DNA from: Octopus sinensis
Lineage: Eukaryota
Length of the DNA stretch: 64,000 bases
Reading direction: 5' to 3'
NCBI RefSeq assembly: GCF_006345805.1
Contig: NC_042998.1
Coordinates: forward strand, 14,322,001-14,386,000
Shown one piece after another: positions 37,831 through 49,361 of the stretch (the stretch's first letter is position 1; each line of letters opens with the position of its first letter). Made by a program: the position numbers and the translations under genes. The notes under the pieces are model-generated. The model saw only the letters and a list, made by a program, of their open reading frames with translations. It was not told the origin of the DNA and did not search any database.

Positions 37831-38064
37831 CCTGTTTATCTCTCTGTGTCTCCTCTCCCAGAGGGATAGAAGGAGGCAGAGAGATAAACATACATACAAA
37901 CTCACAGAAATACATTTACATATGTTTTCTCAAGGCTCTTCACTTTCAAATTTGACTTTGAAATTGGTAGTAAACCCAATATGAGCATGTGTGTATATAC
38001 GTGTGTCTATGTGTGTGTACATATATATATACATATATATCTCTCTCTATATATATATATAGAT

Positions 38065-38415
38065 AGATGCATGGTGCCAAAGATTCCAAAATCATCATCA
38101 AAATACAGGACCAGATACTGCAACAGCTTGGGTTTCAGAGGACCACAGCTCTTTAACATCCTCCCTAAATGCCTGAGAGACTTGCATGTTGTGGATGTGA
38201 GTTTCTTTAAAACTAAACTGGATCTCTTCTTGTCGGGTGTCCCAGATGAACCTACCTCACGAAAGGAGACACAGATGCGGGCGGCGGCATCGAACTCCCT
38301 TGTTGACCAAGTGCCACGTATCAGAGGTGGATTCACATATTAGTGTAGCTCATTCAGCGGTGGTGCCCCAGCATGGCCGTAGCCTTCGGGCTAAAACATT
38401 TTAAAGGATTTTTTA
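38065..38415 (+). mobile_element. 5'-truncated CR1-group LINE whose 3' tail matches family-A SINEs
   Basis: NSLGFRGPQLFNILPKCLRD...FKTKLDLFLSGVPDEP...SNSL; stop at 38343; tail GGTGCCCCAGCATGGCCGTAGCCTTCGGGCTAAAACA. Confidence 0.82.
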
Positions 38416-38440
38416 AGGATATATATATATATATATACAT

Positions 38441-38570
38441 ACTCTTTCACTTGTTTCAGTAATCCAGTAATCTGAATGCAGCCATGCTGGAGCACCGCCG
38501 TTAGTCGAGCATCGGTTGTCAAGCAATATTGGTTGGGGACAAACAGAGAATACAAACATGAGCATATATA
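38441..38570 (-). mobile_element. Internally deleted family-A SINE fragment
   Basis: Tail plus CATCGGTTGTCAAGC...GGGGACAAAC. Confidence 0.7.
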
Positions 38571-38864
38571 TATGTATATATATATATACATAAATATATG
38601 TGTATGTGTGTGTATATATATATGTATGTATATATATATGGTGTGTGTGTGTGTGTGTGCGTGTGTGCATCTGTGTATGTACGTATGTATGCACACACAC
38701 ATACATATACATACGTATATTATAGGCGCAAGAGTGGGTGTGTGTTAAGAAGCATGGTTCCGGGTTCAGCCCCACTGCGTGACACTGTGAGCCTCGAACC
38801 GAGCAATGCTTTGTGAACGGATTTGTTAGACGGACACTGAAATAATCCCGTTGTATATATATAT

Positions 38865-39370
38865 ATATAATAAATATAGGAAAGAATGGAGCTGAGCGAA
38901 GATTTAACAAAATTCCTTTATTTTATTTTCGACATATGTTTCGAAGTCTGCAAAATTCCTAATTCCGAATGAATAAGGAGTCCATTATGCAGCTTTCTCT
39001 TCATTATCGCTATGGGCTCCTCGTGAGTAGTCATCTAAAAACTTGTTGTGCATTTTGTTGGCGAAAGAAGTTCCTGGATTTTCCTGAAGAGAAAGCTGCA
39101 TAATGGACTCCCTATTCATTCGGAATTAGGAATTTTGCAGACTTCGAAACATATTTCGAAAATAAAATAAAGAAATTTTGTTAAATCTTCGCTCATCTCC
39201 ATTCTTTCCTATACTTATTATATTAAGTTAAACTTCAAATTTCCGCACTAAGACAGGAGTATATACCCTATGGTCGTAACTTCAACCGTGTTCTTTCTGT
39301 TGTGAGTTTGCTACCCAGGTATCGGTTATCTTTCGAATTATCCGTAATAAGATAATTCATTTATCTACTT
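38865..39370 (+). mobile_element. Penelope-like repeat with inverted arms (38865-39003 / 39085-39223) and hammerhead motif
   Basis: Near-perfect approx. 138-bp inverted repeat; 39085-39370 homologous to 43662-43388 (minus). Confidence 0.7.
39078..39163 (+). ncRNA. Type-I hammerhead ribozyme motif
   Basis: ATTTTC-CTGAAGA-GAAAGCTGC...GCAGACTTC-GAAAC-ATAT-TTC-GAAAAT: 6-bp stem I, imperfect stem II; G16.2 mutated here but intact (GAAACATATGTC) in the inverted arm and at 43595-43606. Confidence 0.7.
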
Positions 39371-39371
39371 A

Positions 39372-39408
<37 letters not shown>

Positions 39409-39641
39409 GAATGTATGTATTTGTATGTCTGTGTTTGTCATCCCACCATCGCTTCACAACCGATTTTAGTGTGCTTGCATCCCGGTAAATTAGCGGTTCA
39501 CCGATAAAGACCCATAGAATACGTACTAGGCTTACAAAGAATAAGTCGTGGGGTCGATTTGTTCGACTAAAGGCGGTGTTCAAGCATGGCTACATTCACA
39601 TGACTGAGACAAGTAAAAGAATAAAAGAATAGATTGATAGA

Positions 39642-39706
<65 letters not shown>

Positions 39707-39713
39707 GACAGAC

Positions 39714-39791
<78 letters not shown>

Positions 39792-39852
39792 ATGTATACA
39801 TACATACATACATATATACATGAGTATATATGTACATAAGTATACGTATATA

Positions 39853-40113
39853 TAAAAAAAATAAATGCGCTTTTTTAAAGCGTAGCCAGGCTCATGGGCT
39901 CGGTTTCCTGGTTTCTATGGCGTATGTTTTCCCCAACTGGACGGGACGCCAGTCCATCGCAGCGTTACTCATTTTTGCCAGCCGAGTGGACTGGAGCAAC
40001 GTGAAATGAAGTGTTTTGCTCAAGAGCAAAACGCGTCGCCCGGTCCAGGAATCGAAACCACAATCTTACGATCATGGTGCTGACACCCTAGCCACAAAGT
40101 CACACGCCTCCAC
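39853..40113 (-). mobile_element. Family-F SINE, full length
   Basis: Homologous to 11897-12162; TSD-like ATACGTATATAT on both sides. Confidence 0.88.
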
Positions 40114-40228
40114 ATACGTATATATGGGGGAGTGTAAAATCAACATGAGTTTACATGAGTATATCTAATAATAATGTCACAATGTGTTAAGTTATATGTT
40201 CCTTAATGTTTGAGTAATGTTTCTGCAG

Positions 40229-40268
40229 GTGAAACTACGTTGAAACATTTACAATATTACGCAATAAA
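40229..40268 (+). CDS. Candidate micro-exon (GETTLKHLQYYAIK)
   Basis: Strong acceptor TTTCTGCAG and consensus donor GTAAGT; only one phase open (1 to 2). Confidence 0.33.
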
Positions 40269-40639
40269 GTAAGTTGTCCAATTCATTGTTTATTTTACAC
40301 ATATACACGCATTCACGTCCCCATGATCTCTCACTTTCTCGCATACACAAACACAGAAACAGAAAAGACAAATATGCATACGGCATGGGTTTCGATGACA
40401 GACGACACACAACCAGTACTTGCAAATAAACTACTTCTGCAATATTTTGCTCAGTAACGATTACGTCCCTTTACGGCCATGTTGTACTCTCCTTGCCGAG
40501 GCCAATACAGTACAATAAATACCAAGAGAAGCTTCGTGGCTGAATTAATCGTCTAGTGACCATATATTGCAGCTGAACTCTCTCACACTCGCAACGCAAG
40601 CACACAAAGGTGATGGGTGTTGATGCAGGAAAATTCCAG

Positions 40640-40646
40640 CCTTATG

Positions 40647-40711
<65 letters not shown>

Positions 40712-41093
40712 CGCACACATGCATACATACATGTCTATATATGTGTATACATACAGACACATATATATATATATATATATCAACATATATACATATATAT
40801 GTACATTCACACATAAGTATATATGTATACATATGCGAATATATGTGTGTATACATATACATAGCAACGTATATATATATATATATATACATAAACATGT
40901 GTATGTATGTGTGTATATATATATATATACATATATGGATGTACACTCACATATATATACGTACACATCCATACATACATGTCGATATATGTGTATACAT
41001 ACACACACACATATTACATATATATGTACATTCACACATAAGTATATATATATACATATGTGAATATATACATGTGTATACATATACATATAC

Positions 41094-41154
<61 letters not shown>

Positions 41155-41260
41155 AACATGCGTGTTTATGTGTATGTGTGCATATATATATACATCTATG
41201 GATGTACACATACATATGCATACACTCATGCAGACACAAAGACGCATGCGCATGCGCACA
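40640..41260. repeat. (TA)n/(CATA)n low-complexity tract
   Basis: Visible. Confidence 0.93.
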
Positions 41261-41760
41261 CATACACTACTCTCACATATTCTCCAACCCAAATTAACGA
41301 TTTTGACACTTCTGCTCTATTGTTGTCTGACTTTCTACTAAACAGAATTGTTATTCATCACGAGAGTATTGGATTTCTTGAAGTGCTTCTCATAAGATAA
41401 TGTGTTTTCATTCCTTAAGACTGTTGTGAATTCTTTTGCTATGCTTTTATTATATTCGTCTTATGATTCTCTACATTCTCTCTATATAATAATGACAATA
41501 CAAATCTCTTATATGTGATGTAAGACACGAAACGCTATAGGAGCGTATGTTGTTTAAGGAAATTTTACATAAAATAATTTTTTTTTCCAGCATTTTATCA
41601 TACAGTATTCATATCTCCCAAAGAAAATAGTAAATTTAAGCTTTTATCCTTGCCAACCATTCTAATAACCTCTGCTGTCAAACATTATAGGGCCGATGTT
41701 TTCTTTTAATTTTGCCCGTATTGTGTCAAAATGTCTCGAATATAATTTTTATTCTTAAAG

Positions 41761-41847
41761 GAATTCACTTCAAAGTTTGCTTTTGGTTTCCCCTCCAAAT
41801 ATACCTCACGATTATCATCTGAATGAGAAGTTCGATGTATTATATTG
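41761..41847 (+). CDS. Candidate exon (NSLQSLLLVSPPNIPHDYHLNEKFDVLY)
   Basis: Acceptor TTTTTATTCTTAAAG, donor G|GTAAAG, only phase 2 open, phase-compatible with 40229-40268. Confidence 0.33.
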
Positions 41848-42142
41848 GTAAAGTAGTATGTGTAGAAGAAAATGGAATTCATAGCTAGTTGTGTACACAG
41901 CATTTTTATCTAAATCAGTCAAAACAACCTTTTGACTTGCGAATAGTGTGATTTCATTTTCGTTCGACACAAATTTCGAAAATTTGTTACTAAGGTGCTA
42001 ATTATTAAAAAAGAAAACAACATTTTCTACGGTTTCTTTGCGTCTTTTTTCTTTTTGTATGTTGGTTGGTCACAGCGGAGAAGGACAGTGTATTTTTGAA
42101 ATTTGCAGTAATGTTAATAGAATATACTTTATCAATCGTATA

Positions 42143-42265
42143 CGAGGGGCGTATGAGAAGTCTTGAGCCTTCAAGACCTTTGAGCCCTGAAATTTTGTAT
42201 CTTCAACAGAAGTCTTGTACCATGTTTTGTTTTCTTGAAGCTCAAAAGCTTTCATACACCTCTCG
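42143..42265. mobile_element. 123-bp mariner-type MITE
   Basis: TA|CGAGGGGCGTATGAGAAGTCTTGAGCCTTCAAGA ... TCTTGAAGCTCAAAAGCTTTCATACACCTCTCG|TA: approx. 33-bp imperfect TIRs, TA TSD. Confidence 0.82.
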
Positions 42266-42479
42266 TATATAACATACGTGGGTATTTAAATTTCTGTATA
42301 TACTGAGGAGGATTGATCAAATCCGAAATCATCGTTCGGTGGTCTGGCTTGCTGTAAGGAGCTCGTCTCCCTCGTCGGTCATTAGATAAGTGTACTCCCC
42401 CGTAGTTAGGAGTTGTCCTGACTCTTATTTCTAGCAATCCTGGTGCTGACTAGCACTCAGTCGCTTTACTGACATTTAT

Positions 42480-42520
42480 ACTTACACACACACACACACA
42501 TATATATATATACATGTATG

Positions 42521-42554
<34 letters not shown>

Positions 42555-42660
42555 TGTATGTATGTATGTATGTATGTATGCATGCATGTATGTATGTATG
42601 TATGTATATATGTATGTGTGTATGTATGTATGTATGTATGTATGTATGTATGTATGTACT
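42480..42660. repeat. (CA)n(TA)n(TATG)n
   Basis: Visible. Confidence 0.95.
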
Positions 42661-43270
42661 TAATTCAAAAGCGGAGAAAACGACATCAAGAGAAAACCTA
42701 CAAGGTTAGGACGTAGCACATGTAAAGTATTAATAAGATGCTCAGAGAAGGGCAAGAGTGGTGGCTTTACATTTCGAGCATAGCTCTTCTTCGGAAACAG
42801 GAAACATATACGAAAGTATAAAGGAAAAAATCCCCAACAGTCCCCGTATAGTTACATTATACAAACATTCATATATGCATGCAGACATACACAAACATAG
42901 ATCATACTTTCGCTTAGACATAGCAATACTAGTAAGCGGCTGTTTACAACTCAAACTTTTTATGCTTTAGAATAAAATTTTAGGCGAGTACAGAGCGTAA
43001 TAAAAATTATTGAATGAGAGAAGGGAAGAAGAATAACGCAAACTACTTCCCTGTTCTACACGTATTTCTGCCATAAGAAGCAGTGCACGCGAAGCTGAGT
43101 ATTTATGCAACCTTTCATAGCATGCTGGGATGCGTACACACGTATGTACAAACGTATTAACGTGTGTGTGTCTGTATGTGTGTATTTGCGTGTGTGTATG
43201 TGTATATACTTGGAAATGGATACGTGGCGTCCAATCAAATAATAAAATAATATATATATGCATATATATG

Positions 43271-43327
<57 letters not shown>

Positions 43328-43341
43328 GCATACATGCATAC

Positions 43342-43387
<46 letters not shown>

Positions 43388-43389
<2 letters not shown>

Positions 43390-43662
43390 AGGTGAATGAA
43401 TTATCCTATGTTTTACCGTCAACATGGAAAATTCGATGAACCGATACCAGGGTAGCAAATTCACGTCAGAACACGGTTGTGAAGCGACTGTCCAGGGTAG
43501 AAACTCTGGGTCATGTGCAGAAATTTGTGTGTTATATATGAATAAATAAATAAATGGAGTTGAACGAAGATTTTAACAAAATTCCTTTACTCACGACATA
43601 TGTTTCGAAGACAACATGGTATTATTCCAAAGGAATAAACGGTACAAGATGCAATCTTCTCA
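43388..43662 (-). mobile_element. Relative of the 38865-39370 Penelope-like repeat with 5'-truncated hammerhead motif, ending at (TA)n
   Basis: Minus strand GA-GAAGATTGCAT...ATGTTGTCTTC-GAAACATATGTC; downstream AACCGTGTTC, TTTGCTACCC.GGTATCGGTT and GATAATTCATT shared with 39270-39365. Confidence 0.68.
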
Positions 43663-43663
43663 T

Positions 43664-43962
43664 ATGCATATATGGGTACAGGACGTCACCAACAGCAAGC
43701 AACAGGAAATACGAAAACAAATTAGTTAAATACGCAAACAACGAGAGAAAAAAGATGGAAAACAGAGCAAGTAACACAAAGAACAACCCTTCATTAGTTG
43801 TCGGCTATCTATCTACTCCTCATTGCAAGACAACTGATGAAGGGTCGTTCTTTGAGTTACTTGTCCTGTTTTCCATTTTTTTCTCTCGATTGCATATTTA
43901 ACACATTTGTTTTCGTATTTCATGTTGTTTGCTGTTGGTGACGTCCTGTACCCATATATGCA
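43664..43962. mobile_element. Fold-back of a second Penelope-like family (arms 43664-43802 / 43829-43962)
   Basis: Approx. 135-bp inverted arms; CTGATGA at 43834; related to 60121-61175. Confidence 0.65.
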
Positions 43963-44509
43963 AATATACATGAAGATCGATTGCTTGTAACATAAAAAAA
44001 ATAATAAAATCTGCTATCACAGCTGGTGATATTAAAATAAGCGGCTTGCTAAACCTGGAATCCAATTTAACAGGGGCCATTAAAATGGGAACATCCTGAC
44101 TGAGGCCTGCGGCATAAGAGAATTTCACATATTCAATTGGTTTAAAGCTGATATGATTCTAGCATCATGGCGAAGTAGCTACTAAAGGTTGTCGATTATT
44201 CATTACGGCTGAGAAATAGATACAAATTCGTATGTTATGAAAATTGGGACCTCATTCCGTTTATAGACTACAGCGGTAAAACATTCTTGAAGCCCGTAAT
44301 ATCATCTACTATTACAATTACCTTAATTAGTTAATTGCAAACGCGGTTACTGCCGATGAGTGCTCTCGTACTGCCATGACCCATTGAAAGCCAATGATCG
44401 CCAACGATGCCTGTCACCCCACGCTTTATATGCAGATCAACTATGTTGAACTGTCTACCTCACTCTCTCTCCTCCTATCCTTGCTCTCTAATTTCTCCAT
44501 TTGATATAT

Positions 44510-45477
44510 ATTGGTTACAAAATTTGGCACATTCCGGGAGATGGGGTAAGTCAATTTCATCAATTCCGACGTTCAGCTGGCGTTTAATTAAATCGAGGCA
44601 AGATTGACCTTAGTGAAATTTAAATAGAGAATGTAAAGACGTACGAATACATATTTCTTTACTACCCACAAAGGGTTAAACACAGAAGGGACAAACAAGG
44701 ACAAACAAACGGATTGAGTCGATTATATCGACCCCCAGTGCGTAACTGGTACTTATTTAATCGACCCCGAAAGGATGAAAGGCAAAGTTGACCTCGGCGG
44801 AATTTGAACTCAGAACGTAACGGCAGACGAAATCCCTATTTCTTTACTACCCACAAGGGGCTAAACACAGAAAGGACAAACAAGGACAAACAAACGGATT
44901 GAATCGATTATATCGACCCCCAGTGCGTAACTGGTACTTAATTTATCGACCCCGAAAGGATGAAAGGCAAAGTCGACCTCTGCGGAATTTGAACTCAGAA
45001 CGTAAAGGCAGACGAAATCCCTATGTCTTTACTACCCACAAGGGGCTAAACACAGAGGGGACAAACAAGGACAAACAAACGGATTGAGTCGATTATATCG
45101 ACCCCCAGTGCGTAACTGGTACTTATTTAATCGACCCCGAGAGGATGAAAAGCAAAGTCGACCTCGGCGGAATTTGAACTCAGAAGGTAGCGGCAGACGA
45201 ATCACCGCTAAGCATTTCGCCCGGCTTGCTAACGATTCTGCCTGCTCGCCGCCTTACATAATTTGAAATTTTTGCCACAAGGGCAGCTTGAGGAAAGGGG
45301 ATTAAGTCGATTACATCGATCCCCAGTGCGTAACTGGTACTTATTCAATTGACCCCGAAAGGATGAAAGGCAAAGTCGACCTCGGCGGAATTCGAACTCA
45401 GAACGTAGCGACGGGCAAAAAATACCGCTAATCATTTTGCCCGGTGAGCTAACGATTCTGCCAGCTCGCCGCCTTTT
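44510..45477 (-). mobile_element. Family-B SINE cluster (diverged fragment, trimer 44650-45255, monomer 45262-45477)
   Basis: Repeated approx. 185-bp units and two heads. Confidence 0.9.
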
Positions 45478-45529
45478 TGATAAGTAATAAGTATTAAGTG
45501 CGTACCTATTCGTGTGTATTTGTTAGCTC

Positions 45530-45532
45530 TTA

Positions 45533-45568
<36 letters not shown>

Positions 45569-45990
45569 GTGTGTGTGTGTGTGTGTGTGCGTGTGTGTGT
45601 GTGGTGTGCGCGTGTGTATCTGTGTGTGTGTGCCTGCAGTCATGAAATGTTCCCCAGCTCATTTGCGTCAATAACATTTCATTGTACACACACACACACA
45701 CACGCACATACACACACACACATACACACACACACACATACACACACACACACACACACACATACACACACATACACATACACACACATACACATACACA
45801 CACAGACACATACACACACTCACGCACACACATACACTCACGCACATACACACACATACACACACATACACACATACACACACACATACACACACACATA
45901 CACACATACACATACACACACACACACATACACACATACACACACACATACACACACACACACACACATACACACACACACACGCACACA
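45530..45990. repeat. (TG)n followed by (CA)n
   Basis: Visible. Confidence 0.96.
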
Positions 45991-46319
45991 CACAAGCCAC
46001 GCAAGAACATACACTTGTCTCCCTTCCATCTGACACACCACTGTGCCTCATTTGCTAGTTCTACACTGTAAGTGGTACTGTACACATTGTTAGTCTCACA
46101 CTTCTCATCACACACCTTACCTACTGAATTCCGAAGCACTTTTCCTATTCATATTTATCAAGTAAAGGTTAAAATGTTGCAGCACTAAAAATGCATTCCC
46201 ATTCAACATTCACTCCATTAGCCTTACACATTCGTAACTACATTCCGGTCAATGACAGTTTTAAATGGTTACGGGCACATTCTAGCCTCTAGCAGCAAAT
46301 ATTTAAATGTACTTATATA

Positions 46320-47142
46320 CACAGTGTGATGAGTAAATTGTCGCCATTTTATAGTTTTAATTTCGCGCATGCGCATTATCTGATTTGTTTTTATTGACTA
46401 CACAGTATAGTAGAGTCAGTTGGGCACCGTCTGTGCGAAAAACAACACCATGACGCAATTCGCTCTGTTAGAAATTTGGAAACATGCTGTACTGCTTGGC
46501 ATTCGCGCCGGGAAGCTCCAATACGAATATTTCAGAGTGTTTGGGTGTCAATCTGAGTGTCTGCCGTGTCTCCAAAACATGTAACGAGAGTAATAAAAAT
46601 CAAACATCCAGTCAACATTGTGGTGTTTCAGTGATCACTAGTGATGGCCACGTTATGCCTCCATTCATCTTCCCACACGACCTCACATTCAACACGGATG
46701 CCTATATCAAGTCCCTGGCGGAGGTCGTGCTGCCCTGAGTCAATGGGGTGGCTGCTGGAAGACCTTATATCTGGCAACAGGACTCTGAACCATGCCACAC
46801 AAGTAGAATCCAGTCATGGCTGTCAGACAATTTCTGCGACTACATCACTCCTAACATCTGGCAACCTAAGCTCCCCAGACTGCAATCTTGATTATTTTGT
46901 GTGGAGCGCAGTTGAGCGAGAGACCAACAAACTCCTTGTAACACCAAAGATGAACTGAAGGTAAAGATTATGGCAGCATTCATCAACTTAAAACAGGAGA
47001 CCATCGAGGAGAGTTTCAGGAGATTTCGAAGTCGTTTGGAGGCCTTGGTTGAAACCAATGGCGATTTTATTGAAGGAATTTAATCTTTAGCGTTTCGAGA
47101 TATTTTTATGTAATATATCTGCTAAAATGAGAAGTCAGTGTT
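46320..47142 (+). mobile_element. Decayed, internally deleted Tc1/mariner transposon (DD37D/maT-like); transposase remnant 46451-47083
   Basis: VITSDGHVMPPFIFP...RPYIWQQDSEPCHTS...SPDCN.DYFVWSAVERETNK; frameshifts and stops; left end after TA, right end missing. Confidence 0.85.
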
Positions 47143-47173
47143 AGATACGCAGATTGATCGATTGATAGATAGA

Positions 47174-47605
47174 AATGTTTCTTTATTAGCCACACAGGGC
47201 TGCACACAGACGGGACAGATTACAAAGTAGAGCTTTTTCTTTTTTTGGAGAAAAAAAATGTGGGGTAGGTTTTCGATCAAAAGGGATCGTAAGAGGGAAA
47301 GAAGAAAAAAAGGAAAAAAGGAAAAGAAAGCAAAAGAAAAGGAAAAAGAAAAAAGGGAGAAAAAAAAAAAAAGGAAAAAAGGGAAGAGAAAAAAGAAAAT
47401 GAAAGAACAAAAGGAAAGAGAAAAAAAAAGAAGAAAAAAGGGGGAAAAAAGGGGAGAGAAAAAAAAGAACGATCATAGGGATCGTGTATCACAGTGTTAT
47501 GATATATGGTGTAAAGGGGAAAGCAAGTAAGGTTTATCCGTGGGAAAAAGCTACGAAAAAGACCACGGTAACCTTGGTCAATATTGTTACATGTTACCAC
47601 ATTTG
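47174..47605 (-). mobile_element. LINE-like 3' UTR fragment (family D) with expanded polypyrimidine tract
   Basis: Homologous to 25240-25565. Confidence 0.7.
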
Positions 47606-48326
47606 TTTGCAAGTGGGTAACCCCCTGTTTTCAATTTCTGGGTTCATAGGATTATGCTCAAGGTGGCTTCGTCATTCATACGTGCCATCCTTGCTGCATT
47701 CACTCATCTTTTTTTAAAACATTCGCTAGACAAAACTTGCTTCTCTACTCTCATAGATGATTAGATATTATTAGCAACAAAATTAATAATAGTTCAAAAT
47801 AGCATCCTGTGTTTCATAATGCATATACGTGGTTGGCAGCGTGATAAATAAACTGCGGCAGTCCTGTAGAGATAATATATTTTATAGACTTACGGTGTTT
47901 AAACAAATCCTTGCTGCTGTACGAATTCCGTCTGCTACTGACGTATTTCTGTATTTTTAATGTTATACGTCTATATGAAATGCTATCCCGAGACGAATGC
48001 CGAAATGTGTCACGCATTCAACGATGAAAATACAATACTCAGATTCACACACACATTAACATATACACACACTCACACATTAACATATATCAACATACAC
48101 ACACAAACATTAACACAGACACAGACGCAAACACACATACATACACACGTGCAATAGTATCCCATTATAGAAAAATGTCGGTATATGTCCCTAACAGATT
48201 CAAACTTAGCCAAAGGGAAAACGACCTTACTATCTGAGGGGTTTCAACCACGTAACTTGAGTTACTCAACAAATTATATTCGTGTCCAGTAAAGGTGATA
48301 TGTGTCAACATTACTATACAATAAGG

Positions 48327-48707
48327 GGAGGCGCAATGGCCCAGTGGTTAGGGCAGTGGACTCACGGTCGGAGGATCGCTGTTTCGATTCCCAAACCGGG
48401 CATTGTGAGTGTTTATTGAGCGAAAACACCTAAAGCTCCACGAGGCTCCGGCAGGGGGTGGTGGTGAACCCTGCTGTACTCTTTCATCACAACTTGCTCT
48501 CGCTCTTTCTTCCTGTTTCTCTTGTACCTGTATTTCAAAGGGCCAGCCTTGTCACACTCTGTGTCACGCTGGATCTCTTCGAGAACTACGTTAAGGGTAC
48601 ACGTGTCTGTGGAGCACTCAGCCACTTGCACGTTAATATCACGAGCAAGCTGTTCCGTTGATCGTATCAGCTGGGACCCTCATCGTCGCAACCGACGGAG
48701 TGCTCCT
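48327..48707 (+). mobile_element. Family-C SINE, full length
   Basis: TSD TACAATAAGG at 48317-48326 and 48708-48717. Confidence 0.92.
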
Positions 48708-48866
48708 TACAATAAGGACTCAAAGATTTTCAGTGCCATTGAAATTATTGAAATCATAATCAGACTTTTATGTATGTGTAACATATGTAATTATTTTCTG
48801 CATTCATGATATTGAGTGCTCCTCTACTTTACACATGAAATTAGCCCTATCGATATATATATATAT

Positions 48867-49030
48867 AGGCTCAGGAGTGGCTGTGTGATAAATAGCTTGT
48901 TTACTAACCACCTGGTTCCGGTTTCAGTCCTACTGAGTGGCACCTTGGGCACATGTCTTTAACCATAGTCTCGAGCCGGCCAAAGCCTTGTGAGTGGATT
49001 TGGTAGACGGAAAGTGAAAGAAGCCCATCG

Positions 49031-49071
<41 letters not shown>

Positions 49072-49293
49072 GTGTGTGTATATGTTGTGTATCTGTGCTT
49101 GTCCACCGAACATCGCTTGACAACCGCTGCTGGTATGTTTAGGTCCCGTAACATAGCGGTTCGGCAAAAGAGACCGATAGAATAAGTATTAGGCTTACAA
49201 AGAATCAGTCCCGGGGTCGATTTGCTCGACTAAAAGGTAGTGCTCCAGCATGGCCGCAGTCATATGACTGAAACAAATAGAAGAATAAAAGAA
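48867..49293 (+). mobile_element. Family-A SINE, full length
   Basis: Homology to 1058-1484. Confidence 0.9.
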
Positions 49294-49314
49294 TACACAC
49301 ACACACACACAATA

Positions 49315-49361
<47 letters not shown>

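Larger units (their letters stand above)
38724..39630 (+). mobile_element. Family-A SINE split at its (TA)n: 5' half 38724-38864, 3' half 39371-39630
   Basis: Both halves match the family in order and orientation around a 0.5-kb insert. Confidence 0.82.

Noticed and set aside
40465-40553. Possible exon giving NDYVPLRPCC, superficially TGF-beta-like
   Set aside because: It terminates before the remaining cystine-knot cysteines, and another phase is also open; not supportable.
47186-47612. Lys-rich and Phe-rich ORFs
   Set aside because: Polypurine/polypyrimidine tract inside the family-D 3' UTR.
48327-48400. tRNA genes at SINE heads
   Set aside because: A/B-box-like motifs continue into SINE bodies with TSDs; no complete cloverleaf with a paired acceptor stem.
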